From positions 32,001 to 96,000 of the forward strand of contig CAVXAT010000001.1 of the NCBI GenBank assembly GCA_963759805.1: DNA of 64,000 nucleotides, given 5' to 3'. The notes under the pieces are model-generated. The model ran no database searches. It was not told the DNA's origin and was given only the letters and a program-made list of their open reading frames with translations. The DNA is from an uncultured bacterium (lineage in GTDB: Bacteria > Babelota > Babeliae > Babelales > RVW-14). A program made the translations under genes and the position numbers. How positions within the stretch are numbered: the first letter of the stretch is position 1; each line of letters begins with the position of its first letter. Shown here piece after piece: positions 31,110 to 40,629 of this stretch.

Positions 31110-32678
31110 CTAACGTAATTTAAGGTCAATTTCAAAGCTTGAATAAACCGTTTTTATGTTTTGTAGCCTAAAATCAAACCCGATTTTGCGATTTATAAAT
31201 GAGTCTCGCATGTGGAGCCATTCTGGTTGATCACTCATTTTTGCGAAGATAGAGAAGGGCTCTTTAAGCTCCAGGTCGAGCTTGTCACCATTTAATTTAA
31301 AGTTCGAAACCATAAAATTCAAAAGTTGCTGTTTTTCATTCATTTTCGAACCCAGAAAAAGCTCTTTAGATTGCTGAGCCAAGCTCAAGACTGTTTGGGC
31401 GGTGATTAGGCATGATTCATCCGCATTAACATGGGCCTTCATTTCTAGAGTGATATTTCGCTGTCGTGTTTTATATTCATATAGCTTCAGACGGTATGTT
31501 TCAGCATCAATTCTTCCATCTAGATACATGTCTATCAATTTTGAGATTCTATCTTGGATATGGTCCAATTCTTTGCGTAAGGCTTCTTGAGAATGCTGGT
31601 AAAAGTCTTGTTCAGTTGCGTAAGAATGTTTTAGATGCGCAATTATGTCGCTAATCTGCTTGTCTGATAGCTTAATTTTATCGAAATACTTTAACACTTC
31701 AGCCAGGATTGCTTCCTCTTTAACCCATACCTTGGTGCAAACTCGTTTTGCATTGCTGCAGCAGTAATAAACATACTTCCCTTTCTTGATATCCCCTGTA
31801 ATTGTACAGCCACAATTTGCACATTTAATTAGCCCACGGAAAAGAAGTTCTTTTCCAGCATAATGAGCGGGTGCTTTATGGTGTCCGGCAATTATATCCT
31901 GCACTTTATCGAAAAGCTCCTCAGATATAATTGGCGTATATTTGTGAGGATACAGCTCACCATTCATACGCATAACCCCTGAATAAAAAGGGTTTTTGAG
32001 TGTGAGTTCAACCCTGCTGGAAAGTATAGGGCTTCCCAGAGCATTTCTCATCCCCAATCGAGTCATTGCATCAGTAATGGTTTGAAAAGAGTGAGTGCCT
32101 GTGGCGTAAAGTTCAAACATCTTCATTACAAAAGGAGCCTGGTCAGAGTCTATCTCAATTGACTTTTGGCCAGATGGAAGCGTTACATTCTTGTAACCAA
32201 ATGGTGCTTTAGCAGTCCATTGGCCATTTCGTGTACTCTGGTCTTTACTGCGTTTTACGTTATCACTGAGCTGGCGGACATAACTTGAGGCAAAGAGAAC
32301 TCCAATGTCCCATTGTAAAAGCTGTGCGCTGTTGGCCTCTTTGTTTATAACCAGTCCCTCACGCAGAAAGTGCAGCTCCAACTTGCCTTGCTTTCGGAGC
32401 TCGTCTAGTTGTGGAGTTTCGCGAAAACTACGTTGCAGTCGGTCAACTGTGTCAGTAACAAGCGCAATAGGCTCGTTTGAATTTTTGACATAGGTGAGAA
32501 TTTTATCAAATTGTTTTCGGGTTTCTTTTGATGACGATTCGGTAACTTGAAAAGGTGGCTCACTAAGCTGCATATTTCTTTTAAGAACGTATTCAGTAAG
32601 TCGTCTGACTTGAGCAGGAATGGACTGTCCCTCTTCCTGCTCCTTGCTTGAAACTCTGGCTAAAATTATTGCTTTCAT
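31110..32678 (-). CDS. Large serine recombinase (LSR3)
   Basis: ARVSS, DTVDRLQR, CANC zinc ribbon, coiled coil; reads through the GGAGCCAT core as EWLH. Confidence 0.92.
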   Translation of the reverse strand: MKAIILARVSSKEQEEGQSIPAQVRRLTEYVLKRNMQLSEPPFQVTESSSKETRKQFDKILTYVKNSNEPIALVTDTVDRLQRSFRETPQLDELRKQGKLELHFLREGLVINKEANSAQLLQWDIGVLFASSYVRQLSDNVKRSKDQSTRNGQWTAKAPFGYKNVTLPSGQKSIEIDSDQAPFVMKMFELYATGTHSFQTITDAMTRLGMRNALGSPILSSRVELTLKNPFYSGVMRMNGELYPHKYTPIISEELFDKVQDIIAGHHKAPAHYAGKELLFRGLIKCANCGCTITGDIKKGKYVYYCCSNAKRVCTKVWVKEEAILAEVLKYFDKIKLSDKQISDIIAHLKHSYATEQDFYQHSQEALRKELDHIQDRISKLIDMYLDGRIDAETYRLKLYEYKTRQRNITLEMKAHVNADESCLITAQTVLSLAQQSKELFLGSKMNEKQQLLNFMVSNFKLNGDKLDLELKEPFSIFAKMSDQPEWLHMRDSFINRKIGFDFRLQNIKTVYSSFEIDLKLR

Positions 32679-32691
32679 TACTGTATAAACC

Positions 32692-32883
32692 TTATTGTAT
32701 TTGTTGGATATTTTTCAATAGTTGCTCTAGGTCATTCTTGTCATAGAGCCGATACTTATTTTGTGGATTACGTAGGACCTTAATCTTGTGTGCTTTTTCC
32801 CAGTTTCTAAGCGTGTTAGACGTAACCCCAAGAAATTCTGCTGCTGCCGTAACACACATGTAATCATTAATTTTTTTAATCAT
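32692..32883 (-). CDS. MerR/excisionase-like HTH protein
   Basis: AAEFLGVTSNTLRNWE...RNP..YRLY; immediately upstream of LSR3. Confidence 0.8.
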   Translation of the reverse strand: MIKKINDYMCVTAAAEFLGVTSNTLRNWEKAHKIKVLRNPQNKYRLYDKNDLEQLLKNIQQIQ

Positions 32884-32962
32884 AAAAATTACCCTTTCAA
32901 TATTATCATATAGTTAAAAGACCTCAATAAAATCAATAAAAACCTTCACTTTAAAATACTGT

Positions 32963-34027
32963 TTAATTTTTTAGAAGAGCATTTTTTTTCAGAGCAGCAT
33001 CTATTTTAGTTAAAAGCCATTCTTTTATATTTACACCATTGGCTATAGCCTCCCCAATATCCTTGCCTTTTTCAGTTGGGCATGGAATTATATGTGGGTA
33101 TAAATTTTTCAACTTTTCAAACGATTTTACACCTGCTTCATCATTATCGTGACAATCCAAAACTACTTTCTTTTGACTTGCAAGAGTATGTGTAATGTTA
33201 TCAGGATTCTTTATGTTGCCACCAATAGCCACAAAAAATGCAAACTCACCTGTGGCATAATGTCCGGCAAATGCATCTAGTTCAGACTCTACAAAAATCA
33301 TTGCAGGATTACTACGATTTCCAATTATACTTAATCCGTTCATACTTCCAGAGACAGCTACATATTTTGGCCAAGTACACCCTTTGGTCCAATTTTTACA
33401 TCGAATTTTTAATCTGATAACGTTGCCATCATACGAGTCAATCGTAGGGATAACAAGCCCTTCGGGTAACTTAATTTGCCTAGGTTTTCCATCTTCGCCA
33501 TATTCAGGCTCAAGGCCCCATATTTCTCTGTCACAAGAAAGATATTTTGAATTCCAACCAATTTGATATTTTATAACTGCTTCAAGAGGTATTCCTCTTT
33601 CGCTTAACCAATTTAACATATCGTTTTCTCTCAAAAGTGCTTGCTGTGATTGTTTAACAAATTCACCTGCCGCATTTTTCCACTCGGTAAGGGGCGGAAC
33701 AAGCATAGCAGGTTTAAATTTTGCCGATTTTTCTATCTTAAACTTAGGATCAAAAGTGCTTACTGCAATATTTGCATTTACATATTTTGCAGCATCTTGA
33801 AATGACATTCCAAGAAACTCCCGACAAAACTGAATAGAATCCCCATGAATACCACACTGTCGGCACAAGTACCTTCCATCACATTTACCCATTTTAAAAT
33901 TTGGCTGCATAATAAACCGATCTATTCCACCACAAGCAGGACAGGAGCTATGGAATTCGCCCCCCTCGGTTTCTGCCGCCTTTTTTGCATTAAGCCCTAT
34001 TCCCGCAGTAATTTCGACTAAATTCAT
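32963..34027 (-). CDS. DNA primase-like protein (zinc finger + TOPRIM)
   Basis: CPACGG.DRF, CRQCG..GD.I, FVESELDA, HDNDEAG, GKD. Confidence 0.8.
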   Translation of the reverse strand: MNLVEITAGIGLNAKKAAETEGGEFHSSCPACGGIDRFIMQPNFKMGKCDGRYLCRQCGIHGDSIQFCREFLGMSFQDAAKYVNANIAVSTFDPKFKIEKSAKFKPAMLVPPLTEWKNAAGEFVKQSQQALLRENDMLNWLSERGIPLEAVIKYQIGWNSKYLSCDREIWGLEPEYGEDGKPRQIKLPEGLVIPTIDSYDGNVIRLKIRCKNWTKGCTWPKYVAVSGSMNGLSIIGNRSNPAMIFVESELDAFAGHYATGEFAFFVAIGGNIKNPDNITHTLASQKKVVLDCHDNDEAGVKSFEKLKNLYPHIIPCPTEKGKDIGEAIANGVNIKEWLLTKIDAALKKNALLKN

Positions 34028-34094
34028 GTTGTCTCCTTAAGCTTTATAGCTAACAAAATTAATTCAAAATTTATTTTCATAAAAATTTCCAATC

Positions 34095-34320
34095 GGTCCA
34101 ATTTTGGTCCAAGCTTATAACCTTTTATAACGTTGATTGCCAGCCGTTCGTCCAATTGGTCCAAGTAGTCCAAGGTGTTTTATTCCAAATTTTTAAAACA
34201 CAAAGGGGTAGTAAGCATTTTTTTTAGGAATGCAAATAATACGGACCACCTGGACTAGTTGGACCAAGCTCGATCTAATCAGGGTTAATACTTAATCAGA
34301 ACTTGGACTGAGCTTGGACG
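34095..34320. repeat. Mirror-symmetric iteron array, putative replication origin
   Basis: GTCC at 34096, 34107, 34150, 34159, 34168 and inverted GGAC at 34243, 34252, 34261, 34305, 34316. Confidence 0.75.
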
Positions 34321-34326
34321 TGTTAA

Positions 34327-35913
34327 TTAAAATTCAATTTTTTCACCCAATGCTCCCTCCCAAATTGCAGCACCTACTTTATAAGCCTTACAAAATTCGG
34401 ATCTAGCAATCTCCAAATCTGGAACATTGTATTGCCTTTGTCGTGTCCCACCGCTTGGACGTATTATACTTATCGAAGGAATTAGCTTTTGAAGTTCTTT
34501 ACTAAAAATTTCTCTGTTTACATTTTTTTCACCATTTTCTCTGCACCAAGAACAGTAATCATTAAAAACATCTTTTATACAGATATTTTGCCAAACTCCA
34601 CCTTCAATTTCACCTTTATCTATTTGCGTAATGCCAAGGCTAACCTCAAATAATGCCTCATAGATATATTTATGAGCAGAATTGGCAGACCTAAGTTTTA
34701 TATCAAACGCGCTAATATTCTCAGGCAAAACGCGTGGATTAAAGCCATCTAAGTTTTCGTTTTGCAGGTCAAATAACAAGGCTTCATAGCCTCCAGATTT
34801 TAACTGTTCTTCTATTGCTGCAAAATATTGATGATCTTCTTTGTGTTCATTTGAAATCCCTAATACAAAAAATCGTCTATCATCACGGTCGATGTGAACA
34901 GGCCAGTCCTCATTACTACTTAAAATCACATGCTTAAAATTGCGAACCATAAAACGATCTTTACCTTTGCCCTCAATTAAACAGGTACGCTCTGTTATCA
35001 TTGCTTTTAGAGTTCCAATATCTCTTCGATCTCCGCCCCAAAGTGCTTCATTTGCATGTATTAATACTGCATGCTTGAGATGATAATTAAAATGTGAAAC
35101 AAGCTCAGATATACTGCTTAACAAGACATAATGTTGGCCAAGTAGAATACCAAGCGGTTCGACAAAACTATTTTTACCAGTACCCTGAGACCCGCATAAC
35201 ACAAGTGCTGTGTGAACGTCATCTGGATGTTGAAAAATACTCGATAACCACTTGCGAACAAATAAATAAGTTTTGTGATTCTTATTGCATATATTGGTAA
35301 AGACATGTTCCCAATATTTTGAACAATCGCCTTCTATGGGTTCCTTTGCGAATCCCTTCCACAGGTTGTAGTATCCAGTAATATTTTGCAATTTAGGATC
35401 AAAGACGATTCCATTATATTCACGTCTTAATGGACTCTTTAACCAAATATCAGCTTTAGTTCTCATCTTGCCATCAGGGCATAGTACAGGTTTATTTTCA
35501 TATTGACTTTTAAAGGATTGTTTGCTTTCAAGAGTAAAGTCCTTGCCGCCAAAAATAGGGCTAGGCTTCTCTGTGAGAACATAAAATTGATCGGTGTGAA
35601 TTACTGCATGCTTTTTATTTAGTTCTTCTACAACTAAATCTTCAACCCACAAAGCCAGTCTCTCTTCTTCAAGCAACCTAAAGCTATTTTGCAAATTTAT
35701 AAGTCTTGATGATATATCAATTGGTACATCAGGTTTGGGTAGTAAGATTTTTAAAAAATCCTCAATACTATCCTCACCATGTCCTAACTCTCTTTTATCT
35801 TCAATAAGAGCTAGTTTTTTCGCCTCCCAGGCATTACGTAATACCTTCAGCCTCTCTTGGTGCTGAGCGTCTTTTTGTTGCTGATTCTCTGAATCTTTGA
35901 TATAATTAGCCAT
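34327..35913 (-). CDS. Primase-associated helicase (D5/SF3-like NTPase)
   Basis: Walker A GSQGTGKN, ANE Walker B-like, EGKG.D, SN, DRRF; C-terminal winged-helix-like region. Confidence 0.8.
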   Translation of the reverse strand: MANYIKDSENQQQKDAQHQERLKVLRNAWEAKKLALIEDKRELGHGEDSIEDFLKILLPKPDVPIDISSRLINLQNSFRLLEEERLALWVEDLVVEELNKKHAVIHTDQFYVLTEKPSPIFGGKDFTLESKQSFKSQYENKPVLCPDGKMRTKADIWLKSPLRREYNGIVFDPKLQNITGYYNLWKGFAKEPIEGDCSKYWEHVFTNICNKNHKTYLFVRKWLSSIFQHPDDVHTALVLCGSQGTGKNSFVEPLGILLGQHYVLLSSISELVSHFNYHLKHAVLIHANEALWGGDRRDIGTLKAMITERTCLIEGKGKDRFMVRNFKHVILSSNEDWPVHIDRDDRRFFVLGISNEHKEDHQYFAAIEEQLKSGGYEALLFDLQNENLDGFNPRVLPENISAFDIKLRSANSAHKYIYEALFEVSLGITQIDKGEIEGGVWQNICIKDVFNDYCSWCRENGEKNVNREIFSKELQKLIPSISIIRPSGGTRQRQYNVPDLEIARSEFCKAYKVGAAIWEGALGEKIEF

Positions 35914-35981
35914 ATATGAGTTCCTTTGTTTTGTGCCAGCTTGCTACTGGCATTTTTTATTAAAATGTACAATTCAAAAAC

Positions 35982-36158
35982 TTACTCAGCAGTGTTCGAA
36001 TCCCCTTTTTTTACTTGAGATTCTTTATTTTTTTCTGATTCTTTGCTACGAGCTCTTTCCTGTCTTTTGTTTCTGAGGTCAATCTTGTAGAGCAGACCAA
36101 AAAATCCATTCAGGTTATGAGTGTCTGTGGCTTCTTTGCCAGGATTTATAATCTTCAT
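35982..36158 (-). CDS. Small 58-aa protein (not in the ORF track)
   Basis: MKIINPGKEATDTHNLNGFFGLLYKIDLRNKRQERARSKESEKNKESQVKKGDSNTAE*, codirectional with and upstream of the helicase. Confidence 0.5.
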   Translation of the reverse strand: MKIINPGKEATDTHNLNGFFGLLYKIDLRNKRQERARSKESEKNKESQVKKGDSNTAE

Positions 36159-36195
36159 GAACGTAGCTTACACTGTGTGACAAGGCGTTTTAAGC

Positions 36196-36226
36196 GTAGG
36201 GAAGGCATAGGGAAGCGGTACGGAAG
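36196..36226. promoter_or_regulatory. Three direct repeats at 11-bp period
   Basis: gtagggaag, atagggaag and gtacggaag at 36196, 36207 and 36218. Confidence 0.55.
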
Positions 36227-36290
36227 AATTTTGAAAATCATTAAAAATAATATGTAACTTTTTCTCTGAATACTGGTATTTTATAGACTT

Positions 36291-37730
36291 ATGTTTTGTA
36301 TGGTTTTTAAATGTAATCCGCTAAAGACTAATATTCAGGTACCCATGAAATATCAAGATTTATTACATGGTGAGTTAAGCTCACTCGGACATTTTTTTGA
36401 TGAGTATTTTGCATCTAAATCAGATCTGGATGCCATAAAAATTGTCACAGAAAATATTTTACCTTTCCTGCGCACATCGCCGTTAATTGCTCCTCTTATT
36501 GATCAATGGGCTAGCGATGGACATAATATTCGTAGAAATTACACAAAGAATGTTAAAAAGCTACACACACATATCAAGGGAATATTTGAATCCTTGAATT
36601 CTAAAATTGAAGTTGAATACAAAGAATTCATAGAATCAGTACAGAGGTTTACAAGCAATGCTGACAATGATGCGGAATCTAGCAGAATTGTCGCGGATCT
36701 TGAAAAAGCTAAGACATTTAGTACTCAACATACAAGATATAATCTGTATGAACACCTGCTAAAATCAATTAAATCTATAATTGAACAAGACATTCGAGAT
36801 ATAAATTTTAAGGACATTGAAAATGCTACATCACTTATTTATCAATTAAGTTATCACCTTTTGTACGATGAAAAACATCATCTTATAACAAGTTATGCTC
36901 AGATATATCGCGATATGGAAGTCAGAAAACCTAAAATTATAATTTCAGATTTTACATCATATTTTGACGAACTAGCGGCAATGCATGACACGATCTACGG
37001 ATGGTATGATGTAATAAATCCAGGTATTGCCATAGATCATCTTGAATTAATAAAATGGGTTTGGAATAAGCCAGGCTCTTTTTTTGCTCATAAAAAGAAT
37101 AAATCTGAAGCTACTCAAGCACGCACCTCGCAATCCTACATGTTTCGCTCTGTCTGGAAAGAAATTACTTGTATCAGAAAAAATAAGTCTGCCAATGAAA
37201 AAGTTCGCCTACTTAAACGATCACACCTGGATAAATGCATAAAATTAATTCTGGATGATATAATTCTTTACCAAGCACGCGATTGTAAACCAATTGTTGA
37301 AACGAAATCTAACTCATTGTTGTATGGGTTCACGATTAAGCTTAATTCTGAACTCGTTTTTATGCTTGAAGTTCAATACTCCATAAATGGTAGAGTAACA
37401 AGCAAATTATTAGCAACATTTAAAAACACAAACTCTGGAAGGTACAAAATTGCAAAGGCTTTGACCGATAAGCAGCATGGTGCCAAAATCGATGAGGGCT
37501 CATCTATTCCCAGATTTTTGACACATACGAAGCTTGATGGAATAATAGGCCGATACATTCTGCCAAGTCTTTCTCGTAGCGAATTTGAAATCCGCAATTG
37601 GTACACAACCGTCTGTATAGATGAAAAACCAGATATTCATGAACCTCGTACGCTCTACATAAACTTGTCCGATAAAGAACTTGATCAATTGGTTAATGAA
37701 ATTGATAAATTAGAAGTATGTCAAATGTAA
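36291..37730 (+). CDS. Hypothetical protein
   Basis: 479-aa ORF (start may be 36345); no recognisable motif. Confidence 0.65.
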   Translation: MFCMVFKCNPLKTNIQVPMKYQDLLHGELSSLGHFFDEYFASKSDLDAIKIVTENILPFLRTSPLIAPLIDQWASDGHNIRRNYTKNVKKLHTHIKGIFESLNSKIEVEYKEFIESVQRFTSNADNDAESSRIVADLEKAKTFSTQHTRYNLYEHLLKSIKSIIEQDIRDINFKDIENATSLIYQLSYHLLYDEKHHLITSYAQIYRDMEVRKPKIIISDFTSYFDELAAMHDTIYGWYDVINPGIAIDHLELIKWVWNKPGSFFAHKKNKSEATQARTSQSYMFRSVWKEITCIRKNKSANEKVRLLKRSHLDKCIKLILDDIILYQARDCKPIVETKSNSLLYGFTIKLNSELVFMLEVQYSINGRVTSKLLATFKNTNSGRYKIAKALTDKQHGAKIDEGSSIPRFLTHTKLDGIIGRYILPSLSRSEFEIRNWYTTVCIDEKPDIHEPRTLYINLSDKELDQLVNEIDKLEVCQM

Positions 37731-37736
37731 TGGTTT

Positions 37737-38336
37737 CTACATAAGATCTAAAATTTGGTCTCGCCTATCTGGATACCACTCAAGCAATTCCTTTATGCAG
37801 GCTTGCTCATATTTATTTTCATACATTTGATAGAGTGCCTTCTTTGCCTCGAAGGTCGCACGTCGCATCCGCTTGGGCCTCGCATTATGCTCGATAGACC
37901 CACCCCTAATTTTGATTGAATTCTTGATGTTAACACCCATCAACAGACAGCGTTCAGATGCGATTAGGCGTTGTTTATAATATCCGAGGTTTAAACATTT
38001 TCTGCAACTAAAAAGGCCATCCTTGCAATACAACATTCGCATTCGCTGACCACACTTTGGGCAATGCAGAAAGTAGCGAAATCCGCCATAGTTACAGGTC
38101 TGTCTCTCGATTGGTATATCATATTTACCACCTACATATTCGACGCTGTACTTGTCATATAAAAGCGTAGCCTTCAACTTGTATGGCGGCATCTCAAGTG
38201 CAATTTTGTTCAGGCAGGCTTCAAATGATCCCTTGATCTTGAATAGCGAGAAAGAGTCTAGGCAGTAGTAGCGCGTGCATAACGGCTTTGGCGTATGTTT
38301 AATTTTAACCTTCCAATACCAACCCCAGTGTGTCAT
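37737..38336 (-). CDS. Hypothetical double-CxxC zinc-binding protein
   Basis: GGFRYFLHCPKC...FSCRKC.NL.Y..Q and RPKRM motifs. Confidence 0.65.
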   Translation of the reverse strand: MTHWGWYWKVKIKHTPKPLCTRYYCLDSFSLFKIKGSFEACLNKIALEMPPYKLKATLLYDKYSVEYVGGKYDIPIERQTCNYGGFRYFLHCPKCGQRMRMLYCKDGLFSCRKCLNLGYYKQRLIASERCLLMGVNIKNSIKIRGGSIEHNARPKRMRRATFEAKKALYQMYENKYEQACIKELLEWYPDRRDQILDLM

Positions 38337-38648
38337 GTTATGCCCCTCTATTTATCGAAATACACAGAGAACCTTGCCTGATCGTTAAATATTCAATGCT
38401 ATGATGTAGAAATAGGTTTATGTGTTTTAATCATATCACCCATTGGTCATAAAACATATCAAATGAACGCGTAGAATCCAACGCTTTTTCACTGCGCTAC
38501 TTGGCTTATTTTGATATTCAATTTTTAAGAATCTGTTAATCTTGAATATTCCAGGGGCAAGTCATATAAATTGTTGCAGTATACAGCAACTGAACGAAGT
38601 CCTGAATAAGTTAATAAGATATAACGGTTTAAAATTGAAAGATCGGTT

Positions 38649-40588
38649 ATGAAGGGATTTTTTATGTTTTTTGGTTTAGCTCTTTGTACATTATTGAGTG
38701 GATGTAGCCAGCCAACATCAAGATCTAGCGTGGATGCTGTTCCTCTCATTCCACGGGAAGTTCTTTTTGGAAATCCAGAAAAAGCGAACCCAAAAATTTC
38801 ACAAAATGGTAAACACTTGGCCTACTTAGCTTCGGTTGATGGTGTAATGAATGTCTGGGTGAAAACAATTGGCAAGAACGATGCCCAGACCGTAAGCAGG
38901 GACAACGATCGTGGAATTTGGATGTACTGGTGGACATACAATGATAAGTATCTTTTATATGCACAAGACAGAGGCGGTGACGAAAATTGGCATATTTATC
39001 GGGTTAATATTACAACAAACGAAACTGTTGATTTGACCCCTTTTGAGGGAGTTAAGGCAAGTGTTTGTGATACAAACAAAAAATATCCAAACACTGTTTT
39101 GATTACCATGAACAAAGAAAATTCAAAACTTTTTGATGTATATCGGTTAGCCCTCGAAACCGGCAAAATTGAATTGTTGGAAAAGAATCCAGGAAATGTT
39201 GCGTGTTGGATTGCCGATGATGATTTAGTTGTTAGGGCTGCCAAAACATTTAATGCTGATGCAGGGGCATCATTAATATTTCGTGTATCAGAAAAAGACG
39301 AATGGAAAAAATAATTAAAACCTGGAATTTTGAAGATGCAGGTCCCGTTGAAGGTGAAGGGAACATGGGAATCTTTGGGTTTTCGCATGATGGTAAAAAG
39401 TTATACCTAAAAGATTCTTCAGACTCAAATACAGTACGTTTGGTTGAATATGATTGTACTTCTGGAAACCAGACAATTTTGGCGCAAGATCCTATTTTTG
39501 ATGTTACAGGATTACTTATTAAACATAGCACAAAAATGCCTCTAGCAGTAATCATTGCAAAAGAGCGTAACACTTGGATTCCATTTGATAACAAATTTGC
39601 TCCAATTCTGCAGTCCATGCAATGTGTTGACGATGGGGTTTTGATGATAAGCAGTTCTTCAATTGATGGTCGCTATTGGGTCATTGGATTTATTCATGAC
39701 AATCAATCTACAAAATATTTTTTATTTGATACAAAAACAAATAAAACAGAGCTTCTTTTTGTGGAGCGTCCAGAGCTTAACAAGTATCAGTTGGCATCAA
39801 AGAATCCAATATCGTTTATTGCTCGCGATGGGCTTAAAATTCACGGTTATTTAACCTGTCCGCTCGGAGCTTCTCATAAAAATTTGCCACTGATCTTGCG
39901 TGTTCATGGTGGGCCATGGTGCCGTGATTCGTGGGGCCAAGATCCTATGGCACAATTGTTTGCCAATCGTGGTTATGCTTGCTTGCAAGTGAACTACCGT
40001 GGATCGATTGGGTATGGAAAAGCGTTTATGAATGCTGGCGATTGCGAATGGGGCGGCAAGATGCATGATGATTTAATTGACGCTGTAAATTGGGCGATTA
40101 CTACAGGGATTGCAGATCCTAAAAAAATTGCAATTTATGGTGGTTCATATGGTGGATATGCGGCGCTCGTTGGTGCAACCTTTACGCCAGATGTATTTTG
40201 TTGTGCTATTGATATTTGTGGCATAAGTAATCTCATCACCTGGATTAATTCATTTCCTCCATATTGGGTTTACATAAAAAAGCAATTAGGTTTACGGGTT
40301 GGCAATCCTGAAAAGGATGCTGAATATTTAAAATCTCGTTCGCCATTATTCAAAATCGACAATATCAAAATTCCAATATTGATTGCTCAGGGCGCTAATG
40401 ATCCACGTGTTAAACAGGCAGAATCAGAACAGATAGTTGATGTCATGAAGGCAAAGGGTTTGCCATATGAGTATGTGTTATTTTCTGATGAAGGGCATGG
40501 TTTTGTCAAGCCCAAAAATAATTTGAAGTTTGCTGCGATTGCGGAAAAATTTCTGGCCAAGCATCTTGGCGGCAGGTATGAAGAGTAA
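38649..40588 (+). pseudogene. S9 prolyl oligopeptidase/acylaminoacyl-peptidase lipoprotein, frameshifted
   Basis: Lipobox LLSGC and beta-propeller in ORF 38649..39314; VHGGP, GGSYGG, QGANDPRV and DEGHG in ORF 39302..40588; one extra A in the A6 run at 39307-39312 gives a single 646-aa protein. Confidence 0.8.
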
Positions 40589-40629
40589 GTTAAATAACTA
40601 GTAAATTTTAATAACATGGAAAGGTCATA

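Noticed and set aside
34095..34320. Short repeats as a CRISPR or mini-array
   Set aside because: Units are only 4-7 bp and inverted in the second half, which fits iterons.
35994..36005. gttcgaatccc as a tRNA fragment or att site
   Set aside because: There is no flanking tRNA stem or GGAGCCA core, and it falls inside the small 58-aa ORF.
31110..38336. Intact prophage
   Set aside because: No capsid, terminase, portal, tail or lysis genes are recognisable.
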